From Octopus vulgaris (lineage: Eukaryota): 64,000 nucleotides of DNA. A program made the position numbers and the translations under genes. How positions within the stretch are numbered: position 1 is the first letter of the stretch; each line of letters starts with the position of its first letter. Positions 47,071 through 60,421 of the stretch are shown in pieces. The stretch covers positions 101,494,001 through 101,558,000 of the forward strand of contig OX597821.1 in assembly GCA_951406725.2 (NCBI GenBank), written 5' to 3'. Under the pieces are notes generated by a model. It did not search any database. It worked only from the letters and a program-made list of their open reading frames with translations, and was not told where the DNA came from.

Positions 47071-48506
47071 TGTTTTACTATAAGTCTTTTGTTTGGCACA
47101 GAATTAAAAGCTTATAAACCCCTTTCTAACAATTCAGAAAAAATCTTGATAAATATTCTTTCATATGTACATGAAAGAAAAAGAAATTCTTAATAATTAC
47201 AAAATTTATAATCATTAAGTCATTATAAAAGTAAAATTATAATTACTGAAATGAGAAATGCTAAGGAGATAGAATCAAAGAGGTGGAGAAAAGCCAAATC
47301 AAATAAAAGCTTTTACGACTGTGTTGTTATAAACCTGAAACCAAATCATATGACTGTTTCCCAACTGCATGGTCTCAGGTTCAGTCCCACATCATGTCAT
47401 CTTGGGAAAGTGTTCTTTTTTTTTACTATAACCCCAGGCAAACTGAAGTCACATGAGTGGATTTGGTAGATGGAAAAAAGTGGTGGTGGTGGTGGTGGTG
47501 GTGGTGGGGGCGGATTTATTGATAGAGTTTAATAGCTTAAGTAATTTGAGGTCAATAATGATAAAGATAGATAAAAAAAAAAACTATTCAAATATTTTAT
47601 TATATCTTTAGAATCCTGTTCCATCTTATAATACATATTCATTTTATCCGATGTTATTTTCTTATTTGCTCCGAGCATTTGGCACTGTTTTATGAACTTG
47701 TAACTTTTTAATTACAGAGAATGTTCCCAATGTTTTCACAATAAGACAAAGCAATCACACATGATTGGAAATGGAAGGTAAGGAGGCTTTCTTTTCTTTT
47801 TCTTTTTTTGTCTTATTGTCATGAGCAATTAAAAACAATGCTAGAAAAAAAAAAAAAACCCAAAAAAAAAAAACCAAAAACAAAATAAAACAATGCTGAA
47901 TTGGTAACACAGGATGGAAAAGAGAAACAGTAACATGATTTCTGACAGTATTGATTTCCTGCTTTTTGAAATATTGATTTTTTTTGAGATCCTCAATCAT
48001 AATATTGAATTAAGCAGAGAAAAGACATGAACTGGGTGATTGAGGAGCATCTGACATATTATACCAAATATCAGCTGGAGGTTTGCTACCATCTCCAACC
48101 ACATACACTGCTATGGACCAAAAGGGAGGAAAATATTTGCAGTTGCTTGAACTGTTAGAAATAACAACAAAATATCCCTTAAATCATATCTTAAAAATAG
48201 TGAAGAAAACATTAGATAAAGCAATATCTAAAATATTCCTAAAAAATACTGGATTATCGTGACAAGAATTCCTTAGATCATAGATCTGTTCAATTAGAGT
48301 GTGCCTTGAGCTAAACAACAATAAGTACTCCAGTGCTGAAGATATCACCATTCATTCTTCCCTCAACCTTCTACTCATGAACAACACAGTTCATATCATC
48401 AAATTCCTAATACACAAAAAATGAAAAAGTAATTTTTTTTCCTGCAATAATTCAAAGGTTTTTCTCTCACTAAGATTTCATTATATTGATTATTTTTGTA
48501 ATCATA

Positions 48507-49062
48507 GGTGTAGGAGTAGTTGTGTGGTAAGTATCTTGCTTACCAACCACATGGCTCCAGATTCAGTCCCACTGTGTGGCACCTTGGGCAAGTGACTTCT
48601 GTTATAGCCTTGGGCTGACCAAAGCCTTGTGAGTGGATTTGGTAGACGTTGGCGATTTTTTTTTTTTCCTCTGTCTTCCCTTCTCTGGATCTTTCCTTCT
48701 ATGTTTCCGACGAAGAGCTCCGCTCAAAACGTTAAACCCTCCTTCTTTCCTGAGCGTCCAATAATACTATATTTGTTCCACATCCTCGCGTTGTTGTGTT
48801 TTTTTGTGCTTTCATGTTTGGATTAACTTTATATATATATATGTATGTGTGTGTCTGTGTTTGTCCCCCCCCTCCAACATTGCTTGACAGCCGATGCTGG
48901 TGTGTTTACGTCCCCATAACTTAGTGGTTTGTCAAAAGAGACCGATGGAATAAGTACTAGGCTTACAAAGAATAAGTTCTGGGGTCGATTTGCTCGACTA
49001 AAGGCGGTGCTCCAGCATGGCCACAGTCAAACGACTGAAACAAGTAAAAGAGAGTAAAAGAG
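48507..49062 (+). mobile_element. tRNA-derived SINE interrupted at about 48650-48828 by a Penelope-like terminal fragment
   Basis: Head ggtgtaggagtagttgtgtggtaag...ttcagtcccactg; tail ...gactgaaacaagtaaaagagagtaaaag. Confidence 0.8.
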
Positions 49063-49678
49063 AATCAATATCATGGAATCTTAGTGAGAGAAGGTTAATT
49101 CAACCAAACATATTGACTATACAAGGAACATATTATATCTAATCGAATTGACCTGATGATACTTGCTGATTGAAGAGACATTAACGAAGTGATTGCATGA
49201 AGGCAGCTCTTGTTGATCTTTGCTGACCATAAGGTTGCAGGCATACAGATTTATCTACATAAATCATATAAAAGACTTGTATCATTGCTACTCATAAATA
49301 ACATCCACAATAAAATGTCAAACTTACTCAAGGTCTCCGGGTGAGACTTGGAATAAAGCAACAACAACAAAAATATGTATACTGTTTATATTAGTTGAAC
49401 TGGTGTCCTCATCTTGTTTTCACTCTTTCAGCTGTTGTACTCCAGCCTTCGTTGGGTGTCTTATGTTGCACTTGGTTGTTGTATTGGAATTTCAAACCTA
49501 ATTCTTTATTTGATCTGTTGGGGTATACTGTTCTCATGCTGCTCTCTGTGTTTTGTGACATTTTTTTTTGCTTCAGTTGATTTTTTTTTTGTGAATTACC
49601 TTAGTGCCTTTCTTGGAATTGAACTCAGAACCTCTAGGTGACTGCACTACATTAACCAACGTCTTCATCTACTACCTA

Positions 49679-49905
49679 TTTTTTTACTACCCACAAGGGG
49701 CTAAACACAGAAGGGACAAACAAAGATAGACAAATCGATTAAGTCGATTATATCAACCCCAGTGCGTAACTGGTACTTATTTAATCAACCCCGAAAGGAT
49801 GAAAGGGAAAGTTGACCGTGGCGGAATTTGAACTCAGAATGTAGCGGAAGATGAAATACCGCTAAGCATTTTGCCCAGCGTCCTAACGTTTCCGCCAGCT
49901 AGCCC
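49679..49905 (-). mobile_element. SINE (Nin-like core family)
   Basis: Reverse complement of 61801-62027. Confidence 0.75.
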
Positions 49906-50565
49906 TCTTGTCTTTATCTACTACCTTATGCCCATGTTACAAAACATGGAGCAGAATGAGAACAGTGTATCACATGAATCAAATAAAGGGTTTGGTTTGA
50001 AATCCAGATATAACAACCAAGTTCAACACAAGACACCTTAAGAGGTCTGGAGTGTACAACAGCTGAAACAGGGAAATCAACAATCAAGATTAGGACACCA
50101 ATCCGACTAATATAAACAGTATACATAATACAAATCCCTCATCTCACAAATATACCATTGAATATTAATTATAAATAATATTGGTTTCAAATTTGGGCAC
50201 AGGGCCAGCAATTTCAGGGGAGGGAGTAAATCAATTACATTGACTGGTACTTATTTTATTGACCTGGAAGGATGAAAGGCAAAGACCTAAAATATGGGCG
50301 GGAGGAAGGGCTAATCGATTACATCAATGTAAAGTGCTCAACCCGTACTTATTTTTGAAGTTCATTCGCCGACAGTTAAAATGTTTAAAAACGCCGTTCG
50401 ATATTATTGCACTTAAGTGCTACTGTAATTTTGATGATTCATTGTCAGATCTCAAAGCCACCCAGATTTATCGTTCTTCCTCCAATTTTGTCCAGACTGT
50501 TTCTTCTCCCATCCAAAGTGTGTTCGTTCGTCTTGTCTTCCTCCTGCTAGTTTGTGGAGGAGACA

Positions 50566-50602
50566 ATGTTTGCCCAGATACCACAAAACTCCCATGGAGC
50601 AG
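50566..50602 (+). CDS. VPS28: VPS28 first coding exon ([12 protein letters not shown])
   Basis: 37 nt, G|gttagt donor, phase 1. MFxxIP start like vertebrate MFHGIP; sits in a locally CpG-richer, repeat-free region. Confidence 0.78.
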
Positions 50603-51201
50603 GTTAGTTCATTCCTATATCTTCATATTAATCCAGTCGACGTTTATTCGCTTTAAATCATCCCATTTGTTTTACTTTGTCTTCCTCCAATTATTGTTTA
50701 TGTCGGCAAAGCAATGTTATTTCCGTTTGATATCTTCATAAAAGAGATTTTTTATTTCATTTCTAATGTTTTATCGACGATATCAATGTTTTAATCTTTA
50801 ATATAAACTTACCCCATACACATTTAACGCCTTAATTTAGGTTGTAAAAATACAAAATTATAATAAGTCCAGATAATTGTATCGAAAAACTATAAACACC
50901 TCAAATGTGTCTCATGTCTTTTAAGACATTAAGATATATTTATGAAATTGTTTATATTTTAATTTATGTTTTAAATATAAAATAAGACATTAGGCTTTTT
51001 ACTGTGAGGGAAAACTTATTCTAAGCCTAACTGTTTAGCCTTTGTTGATATGAATATGGGTGTAACACATTAAACTACACACACACACACACTATTTATA
51101 AATATATATGACTACATATAAACTTGTCCCCATCAACACACATTTATACTGAGGTATATATATATATATATATAATTTGAGGTGTTATACCCCATTTCTT
51201 A

Positions 51202-51250
<49 letters not shown>

Positions 51251-54200
51251 GTATGTGTCTATATATATAAATTACTGGAATTCCTTCCTTACCGTTTTTG
51301 ATCCTTTAGGTACCCTACACATTCGTGCTCAATTATTGTTGGCTTTTCCTAAACATTTTTTTTTAGTTCGCGTTTCTCTTCTTTTCATCCTTCCTCTTGT
51401 TGCTTCCAGCTTTGGATTTTGTTCGACTGTGAAAATTGTTTAAATGTGAAGTTAGAATATATATTTCGTTATGTAAATGGATTTGCAAAAGAGTAAAATG
51501 GGAAAATGACGAAAGATAACTACTGACAACAAAACAAATTTACATACTTTTACTTTCCTTGTTGTTTCACTGACTAATGCCCCCAAAATTAAAGTGAAGT
51601 TGAAAGTGTTTTCCTAAAGACAAAATAAAACTATGGTACTCCCCCATGAATACTTCCATACAAATTAATCAAAGAAAGTTTCGCTCAACATGAACGGAAA
51701 AAAAGCTTTCATCTTCAAAAATGTCAACGAAAAACGTGAAGCTAGGTGTTTTAATTTGCAAGAGTTGCTGCAGTTGGTAGCTAGGGAACTGCTGCCACTT
51801 ATGGATGAGTCTTTAATCTTTTTGTCACCATATTTCTGTCTCAAATGATTTTGAAAATAATCATGCATTTAGTAAAATAATTTTGTCATTATTAGGATGA
51901 TGTTTAGGGCATAACATGGAATTTTAACGGAAGGTTTTAATTTAGATCCCTTTAAGTCAGGAAGTTTGTATCAGAGAACCAAAGGGCGGGGAAGCTCAAG
52001 TGGGTTGGTATCGGAAGGGTTAAACTTGGTCAAACCAACAAGTAGAACCATCACGAAAAATGTGAATTAAGTAAATATTTTTACCATGACAACTTCATTG
52101 TGAGTCATTTAAAGAGTAAAGTTTTTAGGAAACTGTAAGATTTATTTGCTTTCTGGGCAGATGATGAAATGAATACAATATGATATTAAGTCAATATACG
52201 ATGGAAAACGCATGGAACATTTTCAGACACTTTACAAGAAGAAGAAAGAAAAAATTCAGAAAGATCCACAGCTGGCACAGACAAGTTTGATAGATTTAAA
52301 TTGTGGCATAATCTGTACAGATCTCTGAACTTCCAGATAACTGGACTGTCAAAGAATTTTCCCAAGTTCTTAAGATTATCATTATCATCATGATCACTTA
52401 ACATCTGTTTTCCATGCTGGCATGGGTTGGTTTGACGGGATCCAATGAACTGCAGGGTGGTGTTGGGCTCCAGTGTCAACTTTAGCAGGATTTGTATAGC
52501 TGGATGCCTCCCTAACCATTCTTTCAAACTCGTATCCAATGAAATATACCCTTTCTACTAAAGACTACTCTGTGTTTAGCCTCCTGTGGGCAATAAAGAA
52601 ATAAATACCTTGTGAATGACATTGATTGATGGAAACTATATGGAAGCCTTTCATATATGTATGTGTGTGTGAATGTTTACATTCTGTGACGTCTTCACCT
52701 GAAATTGCTCAAGCAAAACAGATGACATGATAATTCTTTGTCATCAGAAGTGCCAAACTATTAGAGGATTTGTTAAGTATACCTAAAAAAACTAGTAATG
52801 TTTAGCAACAGGAAGAGCAAACCAGATTTAAAACAATGCCTTGCTAATATGTCTTCGTCCAACCTATGTGAGCATGGAATAAATATACTCATTAAACAAA
52901 CACGGGCACACATACATTAGAATAAAGGATAAGTTTGTCTCTGTGCTTCTGTGTAAGAATTGAGCATTGATAACATCGTTCATAAAAAGATGGCTGAGAA
53001 AATAATTCAGTGAATCAAAGTGTCTAGTTATGGGTATGGAAATTGCATGGGTATTTGTTTTGAACATCACAAAGGTTCTTTACAGAAGAAGTCACTTACA
53101 CAATGCCCAGTTTCATCCATATAGAGAGAATTACAAAGTTTACACTGGATGCTGAGCTGTGGCTTCTAAGATATTCTGCAGGTTTTGTTCCTCTTGGAAT
53201 AGAAGACGGTTGGAGGAGAGGATGATTCATTGAAGATGTTGGGCAGACAAATGAAAGAGTATAAGAAAGGGAAGTCTGTTTTTGTGTATGCATGAGTATA
53301 AAGTAAAAGTGCAGAAGTTTTGTCTTGGATCACTGCATTGAGGGGTTGACTAATGCTACAAAGGTAACCCCATGTGCATTTTCTTAGACTTTATTATATT
53401 GTTGACAGATGTGAAGAAATAGTGAGAAGGGGATGGCAGTTTTAGTATGAGAAGGTACAGGGGGGAAGTTGTGGTAGAAGTGTGAGTCAGTAATGTTTCT
53501 AGTAAACAGATCGAACCATCAACAGTGAGACATAAAGACGGAGTTGTTCCCTTTTTCTATGATCTTTCATTTTCCTTTCTTCTTCAACTTCCTTTTCTCT
53601 GACTGTCTTTCTGCTTTTAACTTTCCTAATCCTTCTCTCTATCAAAAGGGTCAAAAACTTGTGTGGGTCTTTGCTCTCTTGAGTACACATCATCATCAAA
53701 CCCCGGCCATACTTTGGCATGGTTTCTATGGCTGGATGCCCTTCCTAATGCCTAACACTTTACAAAGAGTACTGGGTGCTTTTTACATGGCACTGACACT
53801 AGTGAGGTCACCAAGTTACTTGCAAGACAAAACCTTTCAAGATGGGAGTAGTATTGAGGGATGTGGGTTTACACCAGGTGATGAGGTTAAAGTATGAGAG
53901 AGGGACAGGTGTCTTGCTAGAAGAGATACATGGTTTCCCCTGTTGGAAAAAGAGAGATGGTGATGAAATGTCAGGGCACACCTTCAAGTTACAGGAAGGT
54001 GAGTTCATGGGATTGTGGAAGGAGAGTGGCAGATGGATAAAGATTGGGTTCATCAGTTACAAATTTTTTCTTATTGAATATAATTCCTTTTCTGTACATT
54101 AAACCATTTTTATTTTTTGATATTTCATCAGTCCCCTCAAGTATTATTTTTATTTCAAGTCATTTTAAATTTATTTTTCCAGCATCCGCCACTAATCCTG

Positions 54201-57200
54201 ACCTTTATGAGGTAAGTACATTTTTCTTAATCATATTTAAGAGAATTATATTTAATGTTTAATAGTTAAGGTTGATTGAATTAATATACTTGTTTGCATG
54301 ATTTATTTTAATGTTGTGATGGTGAAGAAGTTTGCTTCAAGGCTCAGTCCCATTGCATGGCAACTTTGGCAAGTGTTTCCACTGTAGCCCTTGGCTGACC
54401 AAAACCTTTTGAGTGGATTTTGTAGCTGGAAAGAAGCCCATCATGGATGCATGTGTGTGTGTGTGTGTATCCTTTTCTTGACAATATGTCAAATGAGTGT
54501 CACTGTCATACAAGTGATGTCCTCCATTTCTGATCATCCATGAAAATGTTATCTATGGGGAAATATTACTTTGCTTAGAAACAGATGATGGTTGGTGATA
54601 GGAAGGGCATCCAGCTGTAGAGAATCTGATTCAGCAAATTCCTTCCAACCCATGGAAGAGTGAATATTAAAATGATGATATTTCTCATAATTTGATACAA
54701 ACAATTCCATGGGTTACGATTCAGCCTGCATTCACTGTGAGGACTAAGGTTCATGATAAATTTTGTTAATGAGCTGCTATGAAAGATGAGATTGATAACA
54801 CTACTTACAAGCTCAGCCTGTTTGACCGTAGTGTTCAGTTTTCCAAGTTAGTCACTGCTTAATGTGTTCTCTTCATTGAGATTGCAGCTCGGTTGATGGC
54901 TCATGTTGGTCATGGCATTCCACATGGTCACCGCAGATTTGGAGGTATCTTGTGAAAATGGAGGAGGCTCAGTGGGTCAATGCTCAATGGGTCCCCCAGG
55001 AGGACCTGTGAATATACCAGCAAATAGTGAATGCAGCAATGCATAAATTTAACCCTAACATGACCTGATAACACTAAGTAACACATTTTGTTTACCTGAT
55101 TTTTTTGTTTTGTGTTTATGTATGTGTATTCTGGTGCTGAGTTCAAAAACAATCCTGACTTCCACCTATCATTGATATTTTCCTAAGTAATTTTTGTCTT
55201 GTATAAAATCTTTACATGATGCAAATCTCACCTAGGACTAAATACTAGCTTCATTTTTATTCCTATCATCGTCATTATCACATATTTAATTCGCTAAAAA
55301 ATTTCTAAATGTATTTAACAAGTAAAATAATTGACGCATTTGAAATATTTTCTTTACTTTGCTTGAAATTTTCCAAATAAATGTATTCAATAAATAGAAT
55401 AGTTGTCAAACTCAGAAATTATGAAACTGTTAAAAAATTAAAATGGAAAGTGCTTTGAAGAGATTTCACTTTTCATGAATGCTTTCTTGTTTTCTCACCA
55501 GAGGCCATGTGTTACGACCATCATTATTTTAATGTCCACTTTTCCATGCTTGCAAGGGCCGGATGGAGTTTATTGAGGCAGATTTTCTATGGCCAAATGC
55601 CCTTCCTGTTACCAACCCTCACTTGTTTTCAAGCAAAGTAATATTTCCCTGTAGCCAGACATCTATTTGCAGAATATTGGAAATGAGTGACTTTATTTAT
55701 AACAGCCATGCAATGTCAAGACAAGGAAAGACATGCACACACACACACACACATGCGTGCACATACTGTGCTTCTTTCAGTTTCCATCTACGAAATCCAC
55801 TCACTTCGGTCAGCTTGAGGCAGTGGACACATGTTCAAGGTGCCATGCAGTAGAAATGAACCTGAAACCATGCAGTTGGGAAGCAAGCCTCTTACCATAA
55901 GCGATACCTGTTGCAATGTTTTAGTGAAACCTTTCCCTGTGTTCCTCACTAATAGAAACTACATCACCATCATCATCGTTTAACATCCGTTTTCCATGCT
56001 AGCATGGGTTGGACGGTTTGACTGGGGTCTGGGAAGCCAAGAGGCTGCACCAGGCTCCAGTCTGATCTGGCAGTGTTTCTACAGCTGGATGCCCTTCCTA
56101 ATGCCAACCACTCCGTGAGTATAGTGGGTGCTTTTTACGTGCCAGGGGAGGACAAAAAATGTAAATGTGACTGCAAGAGGTGCACTTGTGGCTGTTCCTG
56201 TTCTTATAACTTTCAGTCAGCTTTGTAGTTAGTATTTTTGTGAATCCCTAGAAATACATGAACCACCCTGTGAAATCCACCCCATGCTTCCCTTTCAATA
56301 CTGTTAACCCTTTTGTTACCATTTTACTGTTGAAATACACTCTCTGTATTTCAGTTAATTTTTTAAAATAATGAAAAATTTAGCATAACTTTGTCTTGAA
56401 GGTGGTGTTTGGATTATAACTTGAAATGTTGACAGACTTCATTTAAATTACTTTAAAACAAGATGTGTTATAGAACCAGAGATAGTCTTGAGTAGATTGG
56501 TGTCAAACTACCTTCAACCAGAGATAGTCTTGAGTAGATTGGTGTCAAACTACCTTCCTTTTATCTCCTTCAGCCATGCATCTCCTCTACAGCAAGACAC
56601 CTGTGCTTGGCCCTCTATCGTACTTTAGCCACCCACCCTCTACCTTCCCTTCTGAAACACCCCTTTTTGTAGTGGGAGCTTTCTCCCCTCTCCCCGTTCT
56701 TTTTCTGTCTTGCAAGTTTACATGGCAAGCACCAAGTACACACTAAAGCGGTTGGTATTAGGAAGGGTATCTGGTCATAGAAACCATGCTGACAGTGGAG
56801 TTTGATGTGGCTTTACACCTCACCAGATTCTGTGAAACCACCCAGCCCATGCCAGCATGGAAAACGGACATTGAATGATCATGACAATACGCAAGTCCTG
56901 AAATTATATATCGCTATCATGAGTTTACATCCACCTTCCATGCCAGCATGGGTTAGATGGTTTGACTGATTCTAAAGTGGTAAGAGATGCACCATCCTCT
57001 AAATGTCTCAGATTTTGCATTGTTTTTGTTTGTGTGCCCTTCCAAACACCAACCACTTAACAGCACCAAAACTAAAAAGATTGCCTCAACTGAAGTGGAA
57101 TTACAGAGAGAGAGAAGAGAGAGAGAGAGAGGGTGGTGATTTGAGGCAAAGTGATGAGATGGTGAAGTATAGTGAGAGGAATGGATTTATTATTGAGAGA

Positions 57201-58106
57201 GTAACAGAGTTGATGCTGTTAACCAGGCAGTATGGAAAAGGTGGCTAGGGAAGGAGTTAGTGTCAGGGCCTTGTTTGAACAAGTGGGACAGAATAGAAGG
57301 GTGGTGGGATGGGTTGTTGTAGGGGGATCCAGTACTGCCCCAAGTTGTAAGAATAAATATGGATGGGGAAGGTGTGAGAGGAAGAGACCGTGTGATAGAG
57401 AAAGAGTGGAGGCTGACCAGGAACTGGAGAGGCTGTGGAGAGAGCGCCACTGCAGCTTAAGAGAGGAGTGGCAGTGTCAGATGGGGGTGAAGGGAGAGAT
57501 GAGAGACTGTTAAAGTGACAGACAGAGAGAGGAGAGTGAAAGAGAAGCAGAAGGTGGAGGAGTGGTGGGTGAATACTGCAAGATAAAAGAATGGCCGGAG
57601 GGTACCATGGAAGTGGGGAAAGAGGGGAATGAATGCAGTGAAAGTATCTCAAGAGAAAAGAAAGTAGAACGGGAGTAGTATGCTTTGCTTTTAATAGAAA
57701 CAAACTATTTTAATTAGTGCGTGAGTCAGATGTAGTGTTCTTAAGATTGACAGTGTTTTAAGCCCTTGACAATTAGAGAATTTCATTTACTTCAGCGAAA
57801 TGCTTAGTGGTATTTCGTCTGCCGTTATGGTCTGAGTTCAATTTCCCCCGAGGTCGACTTTGCCTTTCATCCTTTCGGGGTCGTTTAAATAAGTACCAGT
57901 TAAGCACTGGGGGGGGGGGGGGGTGATGTAATCGACTTAATCCCTTTGTCCTTGTTTGTCCCCTCTATGTTTAGCCCCCTGTGGGCAATAAAGACAAATA
58001 TCCTCCATATAGCCTGAAGGGTGGAGGGGGTTACCAGGCTGGCTTGTTCTTGACATAGATCATAATTTATAAGTTTCACCCCCATGAACTATTAAGGGTT
58101 ATAGAG

Positions 58107-58155
<49 letters not shown>

Positions 58156-58172
58156 TGTATGTATACATACAA

Positions 58173-58205
<33 letters not shown>

Positions 58206-58543
58206 CATACACATGTGTGAGTACACACACACACAGATACCTATATAACTGTGGTTAAGTCAAAATTTCTCAATCAGGGTTCCGCAAAAGGTTCCAAATT
58301 TCATGATTGCAATATTACTATATATGCTCAACGTATTGGTTATTGTAATATAGACATCATCCTATCTAACCTATTATGTTATCAAAAAAATATAACAACC
58401 ATCATATCTAAATTAACTATTACTTAACTGTTCTCTCAATATCCCTACATATCTCACAGCTATTTTCTTTCCTCCACCTCACTCTCTATTTTGTATCATA
58501 TCTAAATTAACTATTACTTAACTATCTGCTCACACGTTTGGAT

Positions 58544-58598
<55 letters not shown>

Positions 58599-60421
58599 GC
58601 CGCAATGGCCCAATGGTTAGGGCAGCGGACTTGCGGTCGTAGGATCGCGGTTTCGATTCCTAGACCGGGTGTTGTGAGTGTTTATTGAGTGAAAACACCT
58701 AAACTTCTACGAGGCTCCGGCAGGGGGTGGTGACAATCCCTGCTGTACTCTTTTGCCACAACTTCCTCTCACTCTTTCTTCTGTTGGCCTGCTCGCTTAG
58801 CCAGCGGGGTGGAGTCATTCGAAGGCTAATATAATGCGAAGCGCATTGTGACCAGCGATGTGTAGCAACATCTGATAGCCTGGTCGGTCACGGTGATCAT
58901 GGTGATATATATATTTTATGATGTATGTGAACAAACAGTTTGCTTTTCTTACCACATGACTTACGATGAAAAAATATGAGAAAGATATGGTGTGTAATTT
59001 TTTTTTATACAGGGGTTCCTTGAGACATGTAATTTATTTTAAAGGTTACACAAGGGTAAAAAGGTTGAGAAGCACTGGGTTAGTTTCTCTTAAAAACCAT
59101 GTAGTTTCAGGGGATATGTTCATACTACATGGCTCAATGAGCAGTTGTCTTCTTTTATATCTTACTTGAAAATTGAGTTTTAGATATAAATTTTACAGAA
59201 GCTGGTTGTCTGTGTGTATTTTGTTTGCAGGTTGTCTAAAAAAAATCACCATGTAGTCAGTGTCATTGTTTTTACATCTGATCCCCAGAACATGTCTAAC
59301 TGTTGAATGGATCATTATTCAAAAGACAAGAGGAATGGTACCTGACTTGGAATCAAGTACAGTTGGTGAGAAGAAGACTGTTTGACCATAGAAAAATTAG
59401 CTCAATGTCTTATCTAACCTATGTTAGTTTAATTCCTTTGGCTCTATATGGAGCATAGAGTGCCAACAAGAGATCTCTGTGTCTCAGTCTTTGACAATGG
59501 ATCACAGTTGTCCTTAGGTGTGGCTGCAGCCAGTGCTTTAGTTTTGTGGATCTTCATGTGTTTTTTGGTCCTTGGTGAGAGAAGGTTGTTCCACATTGTA
59601 GCTTCTTTTTGGTTTTCTCTACATTGCTTCATACACAATCTCTGAGGACTGCATTCCCTTTCCAGGACCAGTTTCATATGTTCTCTTGTTGGTGTTTCAG
59701 TAGCAGTTTAGAAAACTGATAGTTTGTGGTCACTAACCCTGCATTTACTAGTCTCCTCTTTTCTCAACTAGGCTTGAGACTGGCTATAGCAGAGCTTGTC
59801 CAGCTCATACTATCATGATAAAAATGGACATAAGGATGATAATTGATGTACACACAATTACACTCACACACACATTAAACTGTCTTATTGTACTATTTTC
59901 TACTTTGTAGGAGGTGAAACTACACCGCACTGCCCGTGAAAGAGAAAAGTAAGTAGTTATTTATATCATTAATTATACAATTAACCTTATCAATTAAAGC
60001 AACAAAAAATAAGATTATTATTGTGGTGCACCTGAGCACTGTATACAATAATTTCATTATTATTTTTATAAATTATAAAAATCTTTGAATACTAGATATC
60101 TCTTAATCATCCAAGTCCAATCCTGTCAAGGTACTTCCTCTCTCATCCGTTCAATATATTCAAATTTCAGTCAAGTATTGGGGATTGGGGATCAATATAA
60201 AATCTTCAACCTGCCTTACTTCCAAACATTGAGGCATTGTGACTATCCTATTTCAGACTGTTTTTGCTTCAAACCCCTACCCCCACCCTTACAAGCATTA
60301 CATTATGATGTTTATATTTTTATAATTTCAGATATGACAACATGGCTGACCTTTATGCTGTAATTAACACATTACAGAGTTTAGAGAAAGCATATATCAA
60401 AGATGCTGTCCTACCAAAAGA
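50566..60421 (+). CDS. VPS28: Vacuolar protein sorting 28 (ESCRT-I subunit), first four coding exons: 50566-50602, 54183-54211, 59911-59948, 60332-60421. The remainder lies beyond the window
   Basis: Spliced translation [65 protein letters not shown] matches the VPS28 N-terminus (..[42 protein letters not shown]). All introns are GT-AG and phase-compatible. Confidence 0.93.
52880..53500 (-). mobile_element. Penelope-like element remnant (GIY-YIG region)
   Basis: Minus-strand [21 protein letters not shown] resembles the PLE motif YIGETGRRLxDRFxEHLRDV; heavily decayed. Confidence 0.45.
54183..54211 (+). CDS. VPS28: VPS28 exon ([10 protein letters not shown]), 29 nt
   Basis: tttttccag / gtaagt. 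Confidence 0.9.
55964..56150 (-). mobile_element. (TGA)n-tailed repeat copy
   Basis: Near-identical to 24315-24500. Confidence 0.75.
56474..56557. repeat. Perfect 42-bp tandem duplication
   Basis: aaccagagatagtcttgagtagattggtgtcaaactaccttc, twice. Confidence 0.9.
58261..59077. mobile_element. Degenerate hAT/Charlie-like MITE carrying a nested (TA)n and a SINE
   Basis: Left end tttctcaatcagggttccgc; right end aggggttcc...aaaaaggttgagaagcactg. Confidence 0.55.
58596..58905 (+). mobile_element. tRNA-derived SINE (OR-like head)
   Basis: tggcccaatggttagggcagcggacttgcg...ggtttcgattcc head followed by a non-tRNA body; inserted in (TA)n. Confidence 0.8.
59911..59948 (+). CDS. VPS28: VPS28 exon ([13 protein letters not shown]), 38 nt
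   Basis: tactttgtag / gtaagt. Confidence 0.93.
60332..60421 (+). CDS. VPS28: VPS28 exon ([30 protein letters not shown]), 90 nt
   Basis: aatttcag / gtttgt. Confidence 0.95.

Noticed and set aside
47718-47777. Plus-strand 60-nt AG/GT-bounded segment (ECSQCFHNKTKQSHMIGNG)
   Set aside because: No neighbouring exons or recognisable homology; such isolated pseudo-exons are expected by chance.
50259-50741. 160-aa ORF over the VPS28 promoter
   Set aside because: It begins in a SINE remnant with a non-ATG start and has no homology. The real VPS28 exon is in a different frame.
51721-51745. MSTKNVKL|gtgttt as the VPS28 first exon
   Set aside because: It is phase-compatible but has a weak donor and no similarity to VPS28 N-termini. 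50566-50602 is preferred, though a minor alternative start cannot be excluded.
54809-55005. Minus-strand exon-like segment ([16 protein letters not shown]...) in a VPS28 intron, considered as a nested gene or Sec readthrough
   Set aside because: Stops occur in all three phases, with no SECIS or homology that I can identify.
58596-58670. tRNA gene
   Set aside because: A/B boxes are present, but there is no proper acceptor stem or terminator and it continues into a SINE body shared with 32790-33093.
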